A DNA stretch of 64,000 nt, taken from the NCBI GenBank assembly GCA_002633005.1, contig NMRA01000306.1:353866-417865 (forward strand), in the 5' to 3' direction. Both the position numbers and the translations under genes were made by a program. Source of the DNA: Phoronis australis. Its lineage: Eukaryota > Animalia > Phoronida. The first letter of the stretch is position 1. Each line of letters opens with the position of its first letter. Positions 47,901 through 61,859 of the stretch are shown in pieces. The notes beneath the pieces are model-generated. The model was given only the letters and a program-made list of their open reading frames with translations, was not told the origin of the DNA and searched no databases.

Positions 47901-50900
47901 CCCGGTGACAGCAAAGTAGCATACGCGAACAGTGAGATTATAGGCATGAAATTAACAGCAAAAAGACAATTGTTGTCATGTGGAGACCAATCTGTGACGG
48001 GGATCAGTTTTCTTTATCAAGCATGACTCAGAATATATCGTAGTCGTCTTGTCCCTAAGTAATATGTAACATGGCTTAATGTTCACCTTCTCCCTGTTAT
48101 CAAACTAAAAGCACAGCTTTGTTTCTCGGCCGAGATCAGAAAATCATACACTATTCCAGCCTATTTCCTTGACCTGTGTTCCTGCGCATCAGTTCAGGAA
48201 CGATACCTGAATGACGGTCATGTTGTCCTTGAACACGCATTGATACATGTATCACCGTGAGCGTAAATGCGTTGGTATTTTGTTTGGCTCTTTTTGATTC
48301 TCATTTTGGTTCTTCTTATACAAATGTAATTATCCATTTTCCAAATTTCACCTGTTCTTTGCATATCACTAATCGTGTTTAATGCATAATCATAAGTTTG
48401 TTAAGTACGTAGCATCTCCCGCAGCCAAAAATCGGCTACAGAGGTCAGCATGACACATCGCGAGGGTACGTCAAATTTCAGCAACAGTACTTGTTTGGGT
48501 ACTAAATTAAAGGAACAAATCTTGATCACCAAATGTCTTATCTTCATCGCCATTTCGTGAAACTGATGCAAAGTACCACCCTGGAGTGAGCAATTGCCGT
48601 GTGGACTATCCGGACGTGTGAGCGCAGTGCGTACTTGGCAACACATCGGCACCGGCTTTACTGACCGTTAAAATGCAGTAGAAAAAAGAACAGCCACACA
48701 CGGCGAATTTTTAAGGAAAATAAATTTTATAACGTGACAAAAACTTACAATATATAATTTGTTGTCTAAATGTAACAATTCCGCCACACACTCAGTAAAA
48801 CACGATTAGCTTATAGTCGGCCTTGTTATCCAACGGTTGGCAGAGGTCTAGTCCGTGACTACATGTATATCCAAGCGTCTGAAACTGTTTTTGTAGGCAT
48901 ACGGCATTTATGACTTGAACCATTTATTATTAATAAAACAGCCGGCGACCGCATGCTTTTGCTAGTGCTGGTCTCGGTCTGCACTGGGTCATTGGCTGCA
49001 GGTGCGAGTCCGGCAAAATAATTTTTGACAAAATATATTTGCTACATTTTGTCATTATGTTGAATACAAATTGTCCTTTCTTGGTTTAATTAGAGTTAAG
49101 GTCCACCGACGATTATTTAATCCCCGTTTGCAGAGTGGTAACAGACACTGCTCCAGTTGCACAGCCAGTGTTCTTGAGTCTGGGTTCTTGAATGAATTAT
49201 ACTTCCGGTTTCGCGATTAGTTCAAAATTGCGGTGTGTTCTTCGGGTCAGAATCATGAGTGGCGCCTTTATTTAAACTTTCTTCTGCTACGAACTATGTA
49301 TTGGTTATGAGATGGGCACTGCTTGGTTCCTGATATCTTCTTCAAAACATTTAATAAAGGCTAAAAACGCGTGCATCTATGACTTCAATGGTCAAATTTT
49401 CAGTCAAATACATGATCACCACCTATGACAAATATGTTAGCACCGAAAGTATTTTACTTTAGCCAAGTTAAAGCATGGAAGGTTGCGAACACCGGCACAT
49501 GTTTTCGCCCGATCGACAGCATGTGTCGAGAGCGACAATGTACTACATGTACGTCGCATTAGCATTTTCCTGTATCACTCCATGCAGTCAAACATAAAAC
49601 GGATTTTGATGAATTTTTAGAATAGGACGCGGATAGATAACAAAGCAGTAAAAGCACAATGGACTTGATATATAAAAATGAGTGTAGGGTCTGATGTCCT
49701 TTGCGGTGCGTCAGACGTGCGCACGGGAGAAAAGGATGGGCCGAGTGCACAAAAAACTGAGCTAAACTCACGAAAACCCTTCAATCGATCAACAGGTCCT
49801 GAATTCAATTTTCAAGTCCACCTGTTTAGATTTTTTTCCAGTTGCTGCAATGCATAATATGTTATGGATATGTAATAGTGCCTGCAGTCGGGAGCTTGTT
49901 CTTTAGCTTACGAAAAACTGGGCAAGACTCAGCCACATATTAAGGACTTTCAACGTCGGCACCACACAGGCTAGGTTACACACACAGAAGCCTCTTGAAT
50001 GACGTTTCTAGCGTCTTATAGTTCATGACACAGAAGGTTTTTGAACATTATCTTTTGTTTGTGGAAATTTCGATTCATGCACAGTAGATACTTCACATGT
50101 ACGTTTATCAAAGCTATACTCGTTAAATTTAATTCCAATGCGATCGATATTGATGTACCTAAAGCGTACACTCATTTAGATAAAAATGTCATCTACATGA
50201 CTTTATACTTAGTACACTAGGACAATGACGAGACTTCAGGAAACGTTTCCTGTGCCCACAGATCAAATTTGTTTCAATTGGAAATTTGAACAGTACACTA
50301 ATTTCATTTTAGTTAGAAGTCTACCACAGAGACAGCACAGTTTCATGGTGTATTATTCTAGGTATGTAACGTTTGTTTATCGGTACGTGACTCTCTTTTC
50401 AAGTCAACGATTGCTGTCCAAGGTGTGCTATTCTTATTCTTTCCTCAACAATAACACCTGACGAACAACAGCGTCCCTCGATCACGAACACTTTGTCTCC
50501 TACACCTGATCACGACATGTTAAGTTTCCAACAGAATACATTAATGAATTATACTTCTTCCGGGTTTTATGCGTGAAAAACTTTTCCATCATGGCGACAT
50601 ACTGTACAGCCACTGTCCACCCAGTAACCAATCAGCCAATTGATTCATAACCTTTCTTTGTCTTACTGCACCCACTGAAGATGAACTGCGCTCCGTCCTG
50701 AAAAAACGGAACAAGACATTGCTTAATAAATTCCATCAGCCCTGGCTTTGGTTTACTCAATGTGGTGGATATACAGGTACGGGGTGATGAGGTTCAAAAC
50801 CCCCAGAGGACACGACCAAAAAGGAAATAAAAGGCGCTGCCACTACAAATATCGTCGACAGCATGAGTAAACCCCATCGGCAATGTCCTAGATCCGCTAC

Positions 50901-52648
50901 CGCACTCGACTGTAAAATATTCAAATAGCCACAATCCCGCATTTCGTCCAACAATCCAACTTTTTGATTGACACTACAGTGTACATACCGCTATGTAATT
51001 GGTGTTATTGCTCTAATGAGCACATATTTTCATATTCAAGATTCCTATAAGACCGGAGATGCAAATTCATCACAAGCATGCCAGGCAAGGTTAGTGGCGT
51101 GGCTTATATCTAAGAGTGCTTATTGTGTTCTCGAGTAGAGTAGCTGTTGTACATGTATGTGTAGGCCGCTAGGTGGAGGACAGTCGAGCGTTCAGCCACG
51201 TTTGATCGTGAAAGCAAAGATTATGATTATTTCATTGTACAATATCTATGTTTGTTTGGCAATTGAGCGTTAGCTGAAGCAAGCGATTCTTTATATTATT
51301 TCTGGCGCAAAGCTTTTAAAGATATTGTTATTAAATTATAAAAAGAAGTTAATCGTTTGTTCACATGTACTACAATTATACTAATGACGTCTACTGCCGG
51401 GCAACATAGTTCGGGCTCGGTTGAACTGAAGCTGTGGAGATGATTAAGATAACGTCATTTTGACGTCATTATGACGTTTTGGACCCAGTGTGGCGGCGTG
51501 TCTATTCTTATTTTTGGTCCAGTTTGCATCATCTACTGCCATGACACGTCATCACTTAGCATTCGAGTACATTGGACAGCAACAATGACGTCGTATTACT
51601 ACAAGTACGTGTTACGCTGCTATTGTTAAAAACCGTGTGTTTGACTTTATGCAACAATCAAAGTTATGGAGCCCAGGTTTAACCTTTTTACTGGCTATCG
51701 ACCTAGAAATTAGTTTTGGCATATTCTATTCTAGTTTGTGCGACACATAATGGCTTCGGTGGACAACTGTACTAGTGCACTTTTAAAATGATCCCATCAT
51801 TAATGTTACACTGTAAAAGCTTGAAACCTCGAGGTTTTCTTGAAGTTTATTTTTCGAGCTTTTGCTCGGATCTAAGGATCACCAAATGCGACCTTAGATA
51901 AGAAATTCATTTAAATAAACCACTAAAGTACACCAGCACACAGTAATAAACTTTCATTCCTGTCTTCCGATTTTGTACAGAAAGTAAACTTTACTTAAAT
52001 TTTCAGAAAATGTGTATTGATTTTCAGTCAATTCTAGCTCTTTAAGGTATGAAAGCACAAGCTTTTTTGGCATCGTTACGACTTATGATCAAGTGAGTAT
52101 TTAAGTCACTTGAGTTGTTGTACCTTCAACTAAATCTTAGCACAGTATCTGTTGATTATTTGAGATTTGCCTGGCGCCTGTTTCATGAAAGAGGTTTTAA
52201 AAGACTCAACACAGAAATTTGGTCTTGTGCTAACACTTCACAATTGCTGAAAAACTGTTTAGCAATGTAATCACGACTGCGACACAGTCAATGAATAATT
52301 TATACATGTATCATGTCAGTAACTACTCTAGCACTTAATGCGTTTATTCTCAGACTTTGTAATTTTGCTCAATTGAGATTAAATTATTTTTCAGAAATAT
52401 TTTTTGGATCGAAAGACCAAATTTCAGTCTTAAGTCTTAGGTAACTTTTCACGAAAAACTCTAGAGAAACTAAACGAGAGCGCTCGGAGGAGCGACACTT
52501 GGCGGAACTAATCGAAAAGACGACGATGAGGGAGACGACGACAATCAAGACGATCACGGCGGCAATTATGAATAAGACGATAACACGATAACATTTATGT
52601 GAATAGCGAAGAAATCAAATAGAGAGCAGACAATCAACTACAATAAAG

Positions 52649-53714
52649 AACAATAGATAGCCCAGCATGACGGACGAGTCATGTCTGTTCCCACATTCTA
52701 AAATAGGTGGCGCTATTTGACAGTCTGCAAAGCAAAGTTATGTTTACAATAAGCATTTGCCCTGAAATTGTACAGTCTACAGAGAGCTATGCCACAGTAG
52801 GACACTGCTGGCTGGGTCAGTATGGGTCAACTAGGCATAACCAAAACAAAGCCAGCCAGCTGCGTGACCGAATTGGAACAACGGTATCCGTAAATCTCGA
52901 ATAAATCAAAAAGTAGACGTCGTAGCGCAAAATGGAAAATATCTTCTGAAAGCCCGTTTAAATCTCTATCTAAAATGGTAGTTTGGCAAAAATCCAAAAA
53001 ACTTTCGAGAAAATTGAAAATGTGCCGGTTTTTTTGAAATTCAAAGTCAAATAACTCGAAAACGGTAAGTCTGAGAAATACGCTCTCGCAGACTTTTTGA
53101 AAGGCCATACCTCAAGGAATCCACATGCAAAAATTCACGTCATTTGCTCTTCCCATAAAAAATGCGACAACACAGCGATTGAAACCGTGTGAACATGCTC
53201 CACAGCCGCCATCTTGGAAGTAACTTCCGGTCCAATAATTTTTTATAAAAGCTTATTAATCTCAACAAACACCTCACCAGTTTGAAAGTGATTGGTTTGC
53301 AATTGCGCCCTCTACAGGAGAAAACGTTTTTAGCCATATTTCGGGGTGCGCATGAGCCACGTCCAATATTTCCGCCATCTTTAACCGGAAGTCAACGATT
53401 TTCTGCACAGTTGTAGCACATGCGTTCTAGTATATTCGTACCGATTTTCAATTATGTAGGTTGAAACATGCGGCCTCTACAAGCATTTGACTGTGAAATC
53501 GGATACAAAATGGCCGCCACGTCCGCCATTTTGTATCCGTTCATGACCAAAAACAATAGGCTTCCAGGACTTTCTGATCTACACGTTGTGTGCAAATTTC
53601 GTGAAAATCGGACGAAAATTGCGACCTGTAGAGTGCGAACAAAAAAAAAACAAAAAAAAAACTTGACGACAGAGCAACATACTTGTCGGAATTCGAAGAA
53701 TTCCGCCAAGTAAT
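52649..53714 (+). mobile_element. Helentron/Helitron2-associated non-autonomous element (HINE-like)
   Basis: 5' AACAATAG plus small hairpin CATGAC-N6-GTCATG (52666-52683). Internal degenerate units with AAAATGG / CCGCCATCTT / GCAAATTTCGTGAAAATCGG boxes. Low-complexity A tract. 3' hairpin ACTTGTCGGAATTC-GAA-GAATTCCGCCAAGT (53681-53711). Confidence 0.7.
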
Positions 53715-56700
53715 GACAACTTGTGAACGCAGTGAAATCATAAGAGACAAATTTACTGGCACATGCGAGTGCGAATGGTGCTAAATCATGCGAATTGAAG
53801 TGACTGTGACTTAAATATAGTATCTTAGACCATTTCGCAATAAGTGAAGTATGTACTTTTTTGTTATATTATCGCAGGTGTTTACATACCTTCACGAGAT
53901 TTGGCGAGGATTTCCAGAACGAAATATTGGGAATAGCTTCCACTACACCTTCAGTGTGTTTAACGAACTTCATGTACAGGAAACCAATCAGCAAGTAGCT
54001 TACCAGCAAACACGGGAACCTATAACAATGGCATAATTATAAAGGCAAACACAATATGACTTCCTGACCCAATTACATAAACAAACCGCTTTCCTTTTTA
54101 CACCATTTATATTTTCTGAATACATTCATAATGTGTTAAATTAGACATGTCTACATAAATACAGACGTGAGGTCATACATGTAGAACTCCAGCCCTGGAA
54201 TACCAACTCAGGCGCGCGTTCAGTAACGCTAGGACCTACGCTAGGACCTAGCTAAAATATGGCCAAGGTCACGTGTTCTCATTGAGAGTTGTTTGCATTC
54301 GTTTGTCCCGATGTGTGTTATTGCTATGGAATTTACTGTCATTAAAACTTTTTGCAGCTTCGCCGTTTTTTAACCGAATTGCATGAGAACCATATCATTA
54401 GAACGCCGTTTTTTAATTCTTAATGATTATACCTGAAACAAAAGATAAATAATTTAATTGAAAATAATTATCAATTCAAATAGCTGACATGTTTAAATCT
54501 ATTCTTAAAATCAAGAGTTTTTGCAAAATGCAAAAAAGTAACAGCATGTAATAGTAACATAAAATAGAAAATAAACCGGAGGCTTTATAAATGACTAATT
54601 ATGTCATCGAGGAAATAATTGTCCGAAAGATTTCTACCCAATAAAAACAAAGGTTTTAGAATATAGATATCTCACACTAGCTGTGGATAATTTAGTCAGG
54701 CATTCATCCGAAATTATACATCTTTACATATTATAATTAATTGGACCTTTTATTGCCGTTTGATACAATTGCATTAGTAGGTAAAAATTCAGCATGAGCT
54801 GACATTTACGAAAATTGCGATAAAATACTCCAAGTATCGATCCGAATTTTGCAGATAAAGGATTTCTGATTGATACAAAATGGGAAAACATCAATCACTT
54901 AGCTTTGAATTGTACTGTGGATAGCTCATTACATTGGTTGCAGTGGAGGAATTTCCATAAAAGTTTAGAATTAAACTCTTTTCTTCAGAAAGCAAAAGTT
55001 AGTGATCCTGATACACGTAGTGTATGTTGCCCTAAATAAGAGACATTAAAACACAATTTTTGCGATTGTTATGTTACTAAAGAAAGTAGACTCTGGAAAA
55101 CATCAATATTCATAAAAAGAGACAATGTTATCTGTTGCACACATTTTACAATGTAGATGTAACGGTCAAGAACGAAAAAACGGAACAGTTGGATTAAAAA
55201 CCGTGATTTCACGATAAACGAAAGGGGGGAAACGTTTGCCGCAACACACAAAGACGTACTGAAAGTGTTTTTTTGTTGGACGGGAAATGTAACACCCAAA
55301 AATGCGCCACCACCATTTTCCCAATTTAAAATGATTTTCTTGTTGTGACGTTGTAAATGAGAACGAGTTCACTGAAATCGACTGATGCCTAAAGTTGCAT
55401 CCTCTACCTCGATAATAAGTATGAGCATAATCTGAAGTTCAATTTCTGAGATATCACGAACAGCAATTTCTCGATCTGACCTTGGAAACTGAAGCCAAGG
55501 TTCTTCCACGAGACATCACCCCGACACTGTTCTGAGAGACACGGACGTACAGACAAACGCATCGCGCTAAGGCATTTCTGAGGACAATAATTTTACTTGT
55601 GTATGCCCATGTAATAACAGCCTAAGAACTCTTGAAAAAACACTTCAGCCAAACTTATATACAAGTTTAAGCTTTTAATGAAGAGTGTTGTGCAATAAGA
55701 AATCATAAACCTTGTTAAATTTATGTATAACATTTTTCAAATATCTAGTATCGTTGATAATCCAGTACAAAGACAAACAAGTACAAGCATTCATTCAACC
55801 ATGCACACCTCAGGAGAGACCATTCTCGTATGTCGCATAAAGTAAACAACTGCTCCACAGAGTTAGCGTGAACAATAAAACTTTCAAATTTTACAGAGAA
55901 GCTGTCAGACACCAAATTTTTATACGCAATTTATTTTACGCATGATAGTACTCATAAGTATATGCAAAAATTGAGAATATTAAGTATATTTTTGTGACAT
56001 CTTTCCTTGTAAATGTATTGTTTGGCTAGTAACAGCAAAATTTTAAATAGAAAATCATGTTTCTCCTAAAGTCCAAGAATTTTTGTATAACTTATTCAAA
56101 TTAAAATAATCTTTGTTAGTGTCACATATTAACTGAATAATATATTGTATTGTGTGACGATGGCCTTGATATATTGCAATATAGACTGACTGGGAAAGCA
56201 TGAAGCCGCCGTTTTCAACATTAGCTCCTAGCCACAACGTCTGAAAGTCAATTACTACTCCCCGAGTACGAAAAGCCACAATTGACGTCATGCGGCCTGA
56301 TGGGTTCGGTTTATTTTTATAAAAAATGTGTATGACGTCGTATACTTTTCATATCAACTGTTGAAATTAAAAATAATTAGTCAGCACTATAACAATACAA
56401 CAGAGGACTCCAGTATTGAACAAAGTGCTCTCAGTGATTGCGAGAACGTTTCCTGTTTATAAATTATAGTCCACTTCGATTTTTCTTCCATCATGTCATG
56501 CAGGTAGAATTCAAAGTTACATTGTCCGCGACAAAGTAGCACCTCAGAGTGGTCGCGCGTCGACCTGTGCTGTGGTAAAATACTTCACACGAGGCAAGCA
56601 GAGACAATGCGACAAGTAGCCGCGCCGTATTTAACCGAATAAGTTCAGCGGTCTTCATTGCATTTGATTATACCGAGTGGTTAGTAACCAACGTGGGGAA

Positions 56701-56881
56701 TCGGCGACTTCTAATTACAAGGCACGAATGCTGCTGTTTTGTGTAGCACTGGTCTGTACTAATAATCACAAGTAGTCTATCCTATCCACCAATAATCATT
56801 AAACATGCGTTTTTCGGCCTTAGTTGAGACTGTAGCACATTAAGGGGCAGTTATATTTTGTGTGACTTAGCGGATAACTTT

Positions 56882-56923
56882 CTGGGCCCGTGACCCCCAA
56901 ACTGTTCGGAGTCACGGGCCCAG
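56882..56923. repeat. GC-rich hairpin with a 13-bp perfect stem
   Basis: CTGGGCCCGTGAC-N16-GTCACGGGCCCAG. Confidence 0.8.
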
Positions 56924-57949
56924 TTTAGTAAAGATTACCAAAACTTGGCGAATCGCATCGCGTTAAGTTTACTTCAAGCATAGCACGCAATTGGTCAGCG
57001 TTCGAGTCGAGCCTCGAGTAATGTTTGTTGATCATGGCCGCCGGAGTTTGCGGAAGACAAAGTCAATCACTGCGGTCACGACGAAAAGCGCCATCAGCTT
57101 GTTGTTTTCAGGACTTACGTGGACGTAGGTGTTTATGCACTTCTACGACATCCCAGACATGTCAGTGAAACATCTTGGTGTATGGCAAAATTGAAAAATA
57201 GATAAAAAAATCAACATTGAAAAGTACAATCGCTTGCTCGAAGGTGTTTGATATGTTACGAACGGAAACCCTGCTTTTATTCCAAAATAATAAAAAATTC
57301 AGGTTATAGGGAATTTCAAGCAGTTCGTTGTTCTAGAGCGATTGGTTTCAACCGAACACCTGTCCGCCGAAATACACATTGTAATCTCCCATTTTGTATT
57401 AACGACGATATTTCTGCCATCGTCAAGATTTCGCACCCTCTTGGCAGGAACGTAATGCTGTATTGCTATGCTCGAAGTTGTTTTCAGTTCTCTGCCAATC
57501 TTATCCGCGATCTCGTTTAGCTTATCGAATACAAGTTGAATGCGAGTTTATCGATCGTTCCAAACAAGTCATTGGGAGAGAAATTTAATTACATCCGTCA
57601 AATATGAGCGTAAGTGCAAGGTACTGGCTATGGATGTGCCTTTTCGTGACACTTAATCAGTCCATCACTTTCTGATAGACAGTTATATTAAGGGGTTTTA
57701 ATGGAAGTTTTAGTGCAGCCTGGAATCGGTTAGATAGCAATTGGCTGGGATGAATTTGGAGAGCAATAGATGATTGAGGAGTTAAGCCCAGATTCTTGCA
57801 AAAATTATGGAAATTCGTGCAAAGCATGAAAAAAAACTCATGCTACAGACTCATTGAGGATCGGACATTTTGGAAAGTTTAATTAAAGACGTATTTTTTC
57901 AAATCGATATAAGATGTTTAATTCGGACTTGTAAGATACAGTATGTATA

Positions 57950-59420
57950 GTACTGTTTGTGCTTTGCGCTGAAATCTTGGGTTACATGTTTAGAGATAAT
58001 TATGAAGTAAAGGGAATTAATTGTGAGACTAGAGAGGTAAAAATGCTACAGTGTGCCGATGATACAACAATTGTAACAGATGGTTCTGAAAAGTCTCTTA
58101 AAAAATCTCTGGATCTTTTGGACCAATCTGCTAAGTATTCAGGTCTTAAGCCTAATATTGAATGGATTGGACCCAGGAAGTATGATACCTGCATGCCTGA
58201 TTTTGCAAAAGCTTTAAAATGGTCAAAAGAGAATTTTCAGCTTTGGGGATTAAATTTATTTTAAATATAGATGACATGATTGGTTTGAACTTTTGACATT
58301 GAAAAGATGTTCAATGGAGGAAACTGTTTTTTTAAAATGGTAGCCCAGTTTACTGGGAATCCCTTTTGGAAGGATGTGTTTGTTTCAACATTTGAGTTTG
58401 GTTCGATATTAAACGAGGTCAAAGAAGACTACATAATACGGTCACTTCCTTTATGACATAACACAAAGGTTCAAACTGGAGGAAAACCAATATTTTAACC
58501 TACTTGCAACAAAAAGGGTGTGAGATTCCTTGGTGATTTATTTAACGAAAACGGAAATTTCTTGCCATAAAACAGTTTTGCAGACAAATTTGGTTTTAAA
58601 CCTTTTTACACTTTATTGCGGACTAAAACAATGTTTGAAATTAACTTTCAAAAGTATAGCGTTTTCAAGTGCAAAAGTGTCTCAACCAGTTATCACATAA
58701 CTCTGGCAAATTTTGGCGAAAAATTTGAAAGGTACTCGTAACATATATGATATTTTTTCTGACAACTTTGTTACAAAAACCAAAAGGATTAGAAAAATGG
58801 GAAAATACGTTTGTTTTTGACCGAATGGAAGTTATGTTTTCAAACTTCTGTTTTTTGTACTTCAAATATTACACTCAGATGGTTTCAAATGAGAATTGTT
58901 CATAGGATTTTAGCAACAAACAACTTTTTGATGCGAATTGGTACTTCTCCAACTGACCGATTGACCTTTTGTAGGAATGAACCTGAAAGTTTAGAACATT
59001 GATTTTGGGGTTGCACTTTTGTTAAGCCTTTTTGGAAAAGAATACCTGCAAATTATATTCACGCAAAAATGTCAAAATATCGATAATTTTCAGACTGTTA
59101 TATTTCGTAAAATTGGGAAAGCGAATGAACTGTTAAATCTTATCATTCTTTTGGCCAAAAAGCATATATACTGTAAAAAGCTGAAAGTAGAGCCTCCATC
59201 TAGCACTTTTCAAAAACGAATTAGAAATTTATTTCACATTCAAAAAATATAATTATTGTAGAAATGGGTATGTTTTTTCCTCTTTAAAAAGACACTACAG
59301 ATGACAAGTGGATATTTGGTGTTTTTGCTTTGTGAAATTGTTTTCAGTGAAATGTGTGCATGACTCTTCACTGTACTGTACTGTATTAATATTATTGCAA
59401 TAAAAGTTTAAAAAGGAAAG
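57950..59420 (+). mobile_element. 5'-truncated Tx1/L1-clade LINE (RT C-terminus, zf-RVT, 3' UTR)
   Basis: LCAEILG..VKGI..KMLQCADDTT..SLDLLDQ..YSGLKPN, NPFWKDVF, LRWFQMRIVHRILATN..FCRNEPESLEH*FWGC, LNLIILLAKKHIY. AATAAA and an A-rich tail at about 59399-59419. Confidence 0.92.
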
Positions 59421-60405
59421 ATATAGTATGATCTCGCTGTGGGGCTCAAATTAAGTGTCTGATCTGATATTTTGAGAACCTCCGGTAAGTACAACTGATT
59501 TCAATATATTCAAAGTATTGATAAATGCAGACGAAGATTTTGTGCATTTGTGCGCTTGCCTTCTAGGCTCACCGAAAGATTCCTCATTGAAAAATGTCTG
59601 CTTAGAAATTTTTTCTGTCGCAACATGCAGAAACTCAAAAAAAGAAGCATCTGTACAGTGTGCAATGTATGATATGACCCAACATATCAAGTGAATAATG
59701 ATTTCGGAACTTTATGTTTGTGCATATACGTCAAAGTTTTCATCGTGTATTTTTACGTTTTGTTCATGAAGATTTTGAATTTCTGCTATAGTATGTCAGA
59801 GCACAAGTTTCCTTTAGTTCCAAATTTCAAAACGTCAACTGCTCGTCACTCCGTCGACTTTTCCCACAAGGCAAAGCACTTCTCCTTTTTTGATATGGCA
59901 AGACGTAGACGTAGCAGATTTACCTTACGTAGAAAATGCGAATTTGACCTTTGATGAAAAAGAAACATTGCCGATTTCAGGAAGCGGCCAATCCGACCAC
60001 CTTGAGCGCATGCGCGCATATATATTATTAGGGTCAGAGAATTTGAAAACTGTACAGGAACGAAAGAGTTTTTTATTTCGTATTTTGTTTCAAAAATAGT
60101 GAATCTGGCGGTTTTTCCTAAAATTCTTTTAATATTCACAGTGAATAACTCTCACGTTAGCATACCCAAGAATTAAATTCCCCACTACCTGTTTAAATTC
60201 CTTTTTATAATTTTTGCGTTCCCTGCCTTTTTAAGGATTTTCCAATAATACAAATTTTATTCAAAAGTTATATTTCAGTGAATCCATTAGTTTTGTAATT
60301 TCAGTATTCCCCTTGTTGTCTTGCTGCCCTATTCACCGTCTTCGTTCCAAAACGGGTTCTACCATTAACTTCACTATACGTTATTACTTTTAATTAAGAC
60401 TCTAT

Positions 60406-60585
60406 CTGGTAACATCTTGAGTGTTTACTTCAATTTACTTTAATTTTACCATTATATTCGTTGGTCCCCATTTCTCAAAGGGTCTGACATTTCAAATGTC
60501 TATAAATTTAGTTCTCAATTTCTGGTAACATCTCGGGTGTTTACTTCAGTTTACATTGATTTTGTCATGTTATTCATTGGTCGGG
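60406..60585 (+). repeat. Degenerate tandem duplication (about 116-bp period) upstream of the YR-retroelement gag
   Basis: TCTGGTAACATCTTGAGTGTTTACTTCAATTTAC at 60406 and TCTGGTAACATCTCGGGTGTTTACTTCAGTTTAC at 60522, each followed by TTATATTCGTTGGTC / TTATTCATTGGTC. Confidence 0.75.
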
Positions 60586-61249
60586 TTTGACCATTCAGGT
60601 TTCTATAAATCGATGTCTAATTTATAAATGTTCGGTTGCAACTTGGGTGCTTGCTTCACCCGCCTCTTTTTCTTCATGGTCAGTCTCTGCTTTTGTTAAG
60701 CTTACCAATCATTTTATCACTTACCTTTATCAGTTTTACCTACCCATTAGTAAGTCTAACTTTGGTGTCCTTCACTTCATTTCATTTCCATCTTAATTCA
60801 CCTCTCCGGTTTTTCTGTTTACCTCCTGGTCTAGCCAAAAAATAGGTGGCCTTGGTTTTCCATTGCTCAATATTGCTGCACCTTTTACTCTTCCCTTTCA
60901 GCATACCACGCCAATCGACCAGAAAATCTTCGTTGCCATATCAGACTCGCGGACCATCTCATCAAGAGCCACCCGAGCATCCGCAATCACGTCATATACA
61001 AGAAAACCCGTCCCTTCGTGCTTCTCTACGGGCCTTACTCAACCATGACCATTCACAAGCTCAGCCTTCGAAGGCATCGACTCAGCCACCCCAAAGTCCT
61101 GCGACAACTCCTTCAACCACGAATCCGACAACACCTCCGCCAACCGTTATCACCACTACAACACCGCCTACGTCCTCATCGGCTCCAGTCATATCCACAT
61201 CACCCGAAGACCATGCGCCACCAATCTCAGGTAACCTCTATCCATCAGC

Positions 61250-61620
61250 TCATACCTCTCTGGCTTTGTGTTTCAAAGTCGACGCCAAAGCAAAAAACAA
61301 TCATGTGGACTGATCAATTTGTAGATTTTAGTCAACTCCTTAATCCGGTTTCATCTAGTCAGCTTCAGCTTACCACCGTTAATCATCAATCAGTTATCTC
61401 CCCAATCCCCAAATCTCGTTCCGCCAACATGTTCCAGTGGAACCAAGCATTTCTCGTCTATTTAACTAGCTACACCACCCGTCATCCACATCAAGCACCT
61501 CACCTTGCAAAGTTTTGTCAAATTATGCGCTCCAGCAATCATCATTTCGGTTTTGCTCCCGCCATTCTCTACGATCAACAGTTTCGACAACTTCGTTCAA
61601 CAACCCCTGTTCCTTGGTAA
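61250..61620 (+). pseudogene. Ngaro/DIRS gag-like remnant
   Basis: IMWTDQFVDFSQLL...QWNQAFLVYLTSYTTRHPHQAPHLAKFCQIMR...ILYDQQFRQLR...PVPW matches the IWxxE(F/Y)VDF..WxxAF..YDxxFR gag pattern. Preceded by a Pro/Thr/Ser-rich region. Confidence 0.85.
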
Positions 61621-61859
61621 CCAACATGGAACCCTGGAACCACGTTATCTTCCAATCCTACAAAATCTGGTCTCCCTACATTTTCTCCAATATTTTCCGT
61701 ACCAACTATCCAAGCCACCAGTCCTTTCATTTTCAATTCCTCCAACCACGTTCTTCCGCCTGCCAACCTGGCGTTTTTCCAACAAAACGGTTTCCACCCA
61801 CTTCGCGTGCCCTATCTCCTCGCGTCCTCAACCCCAAACACGACCCACATCCACCTCCA

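Noticed and set aside
60846-61313. Mucin-like Pro/Thr/Ser-rich host protein
   Set aside because: It is the low-complexity N-terminal part of the frameshifted Ngaro gag.
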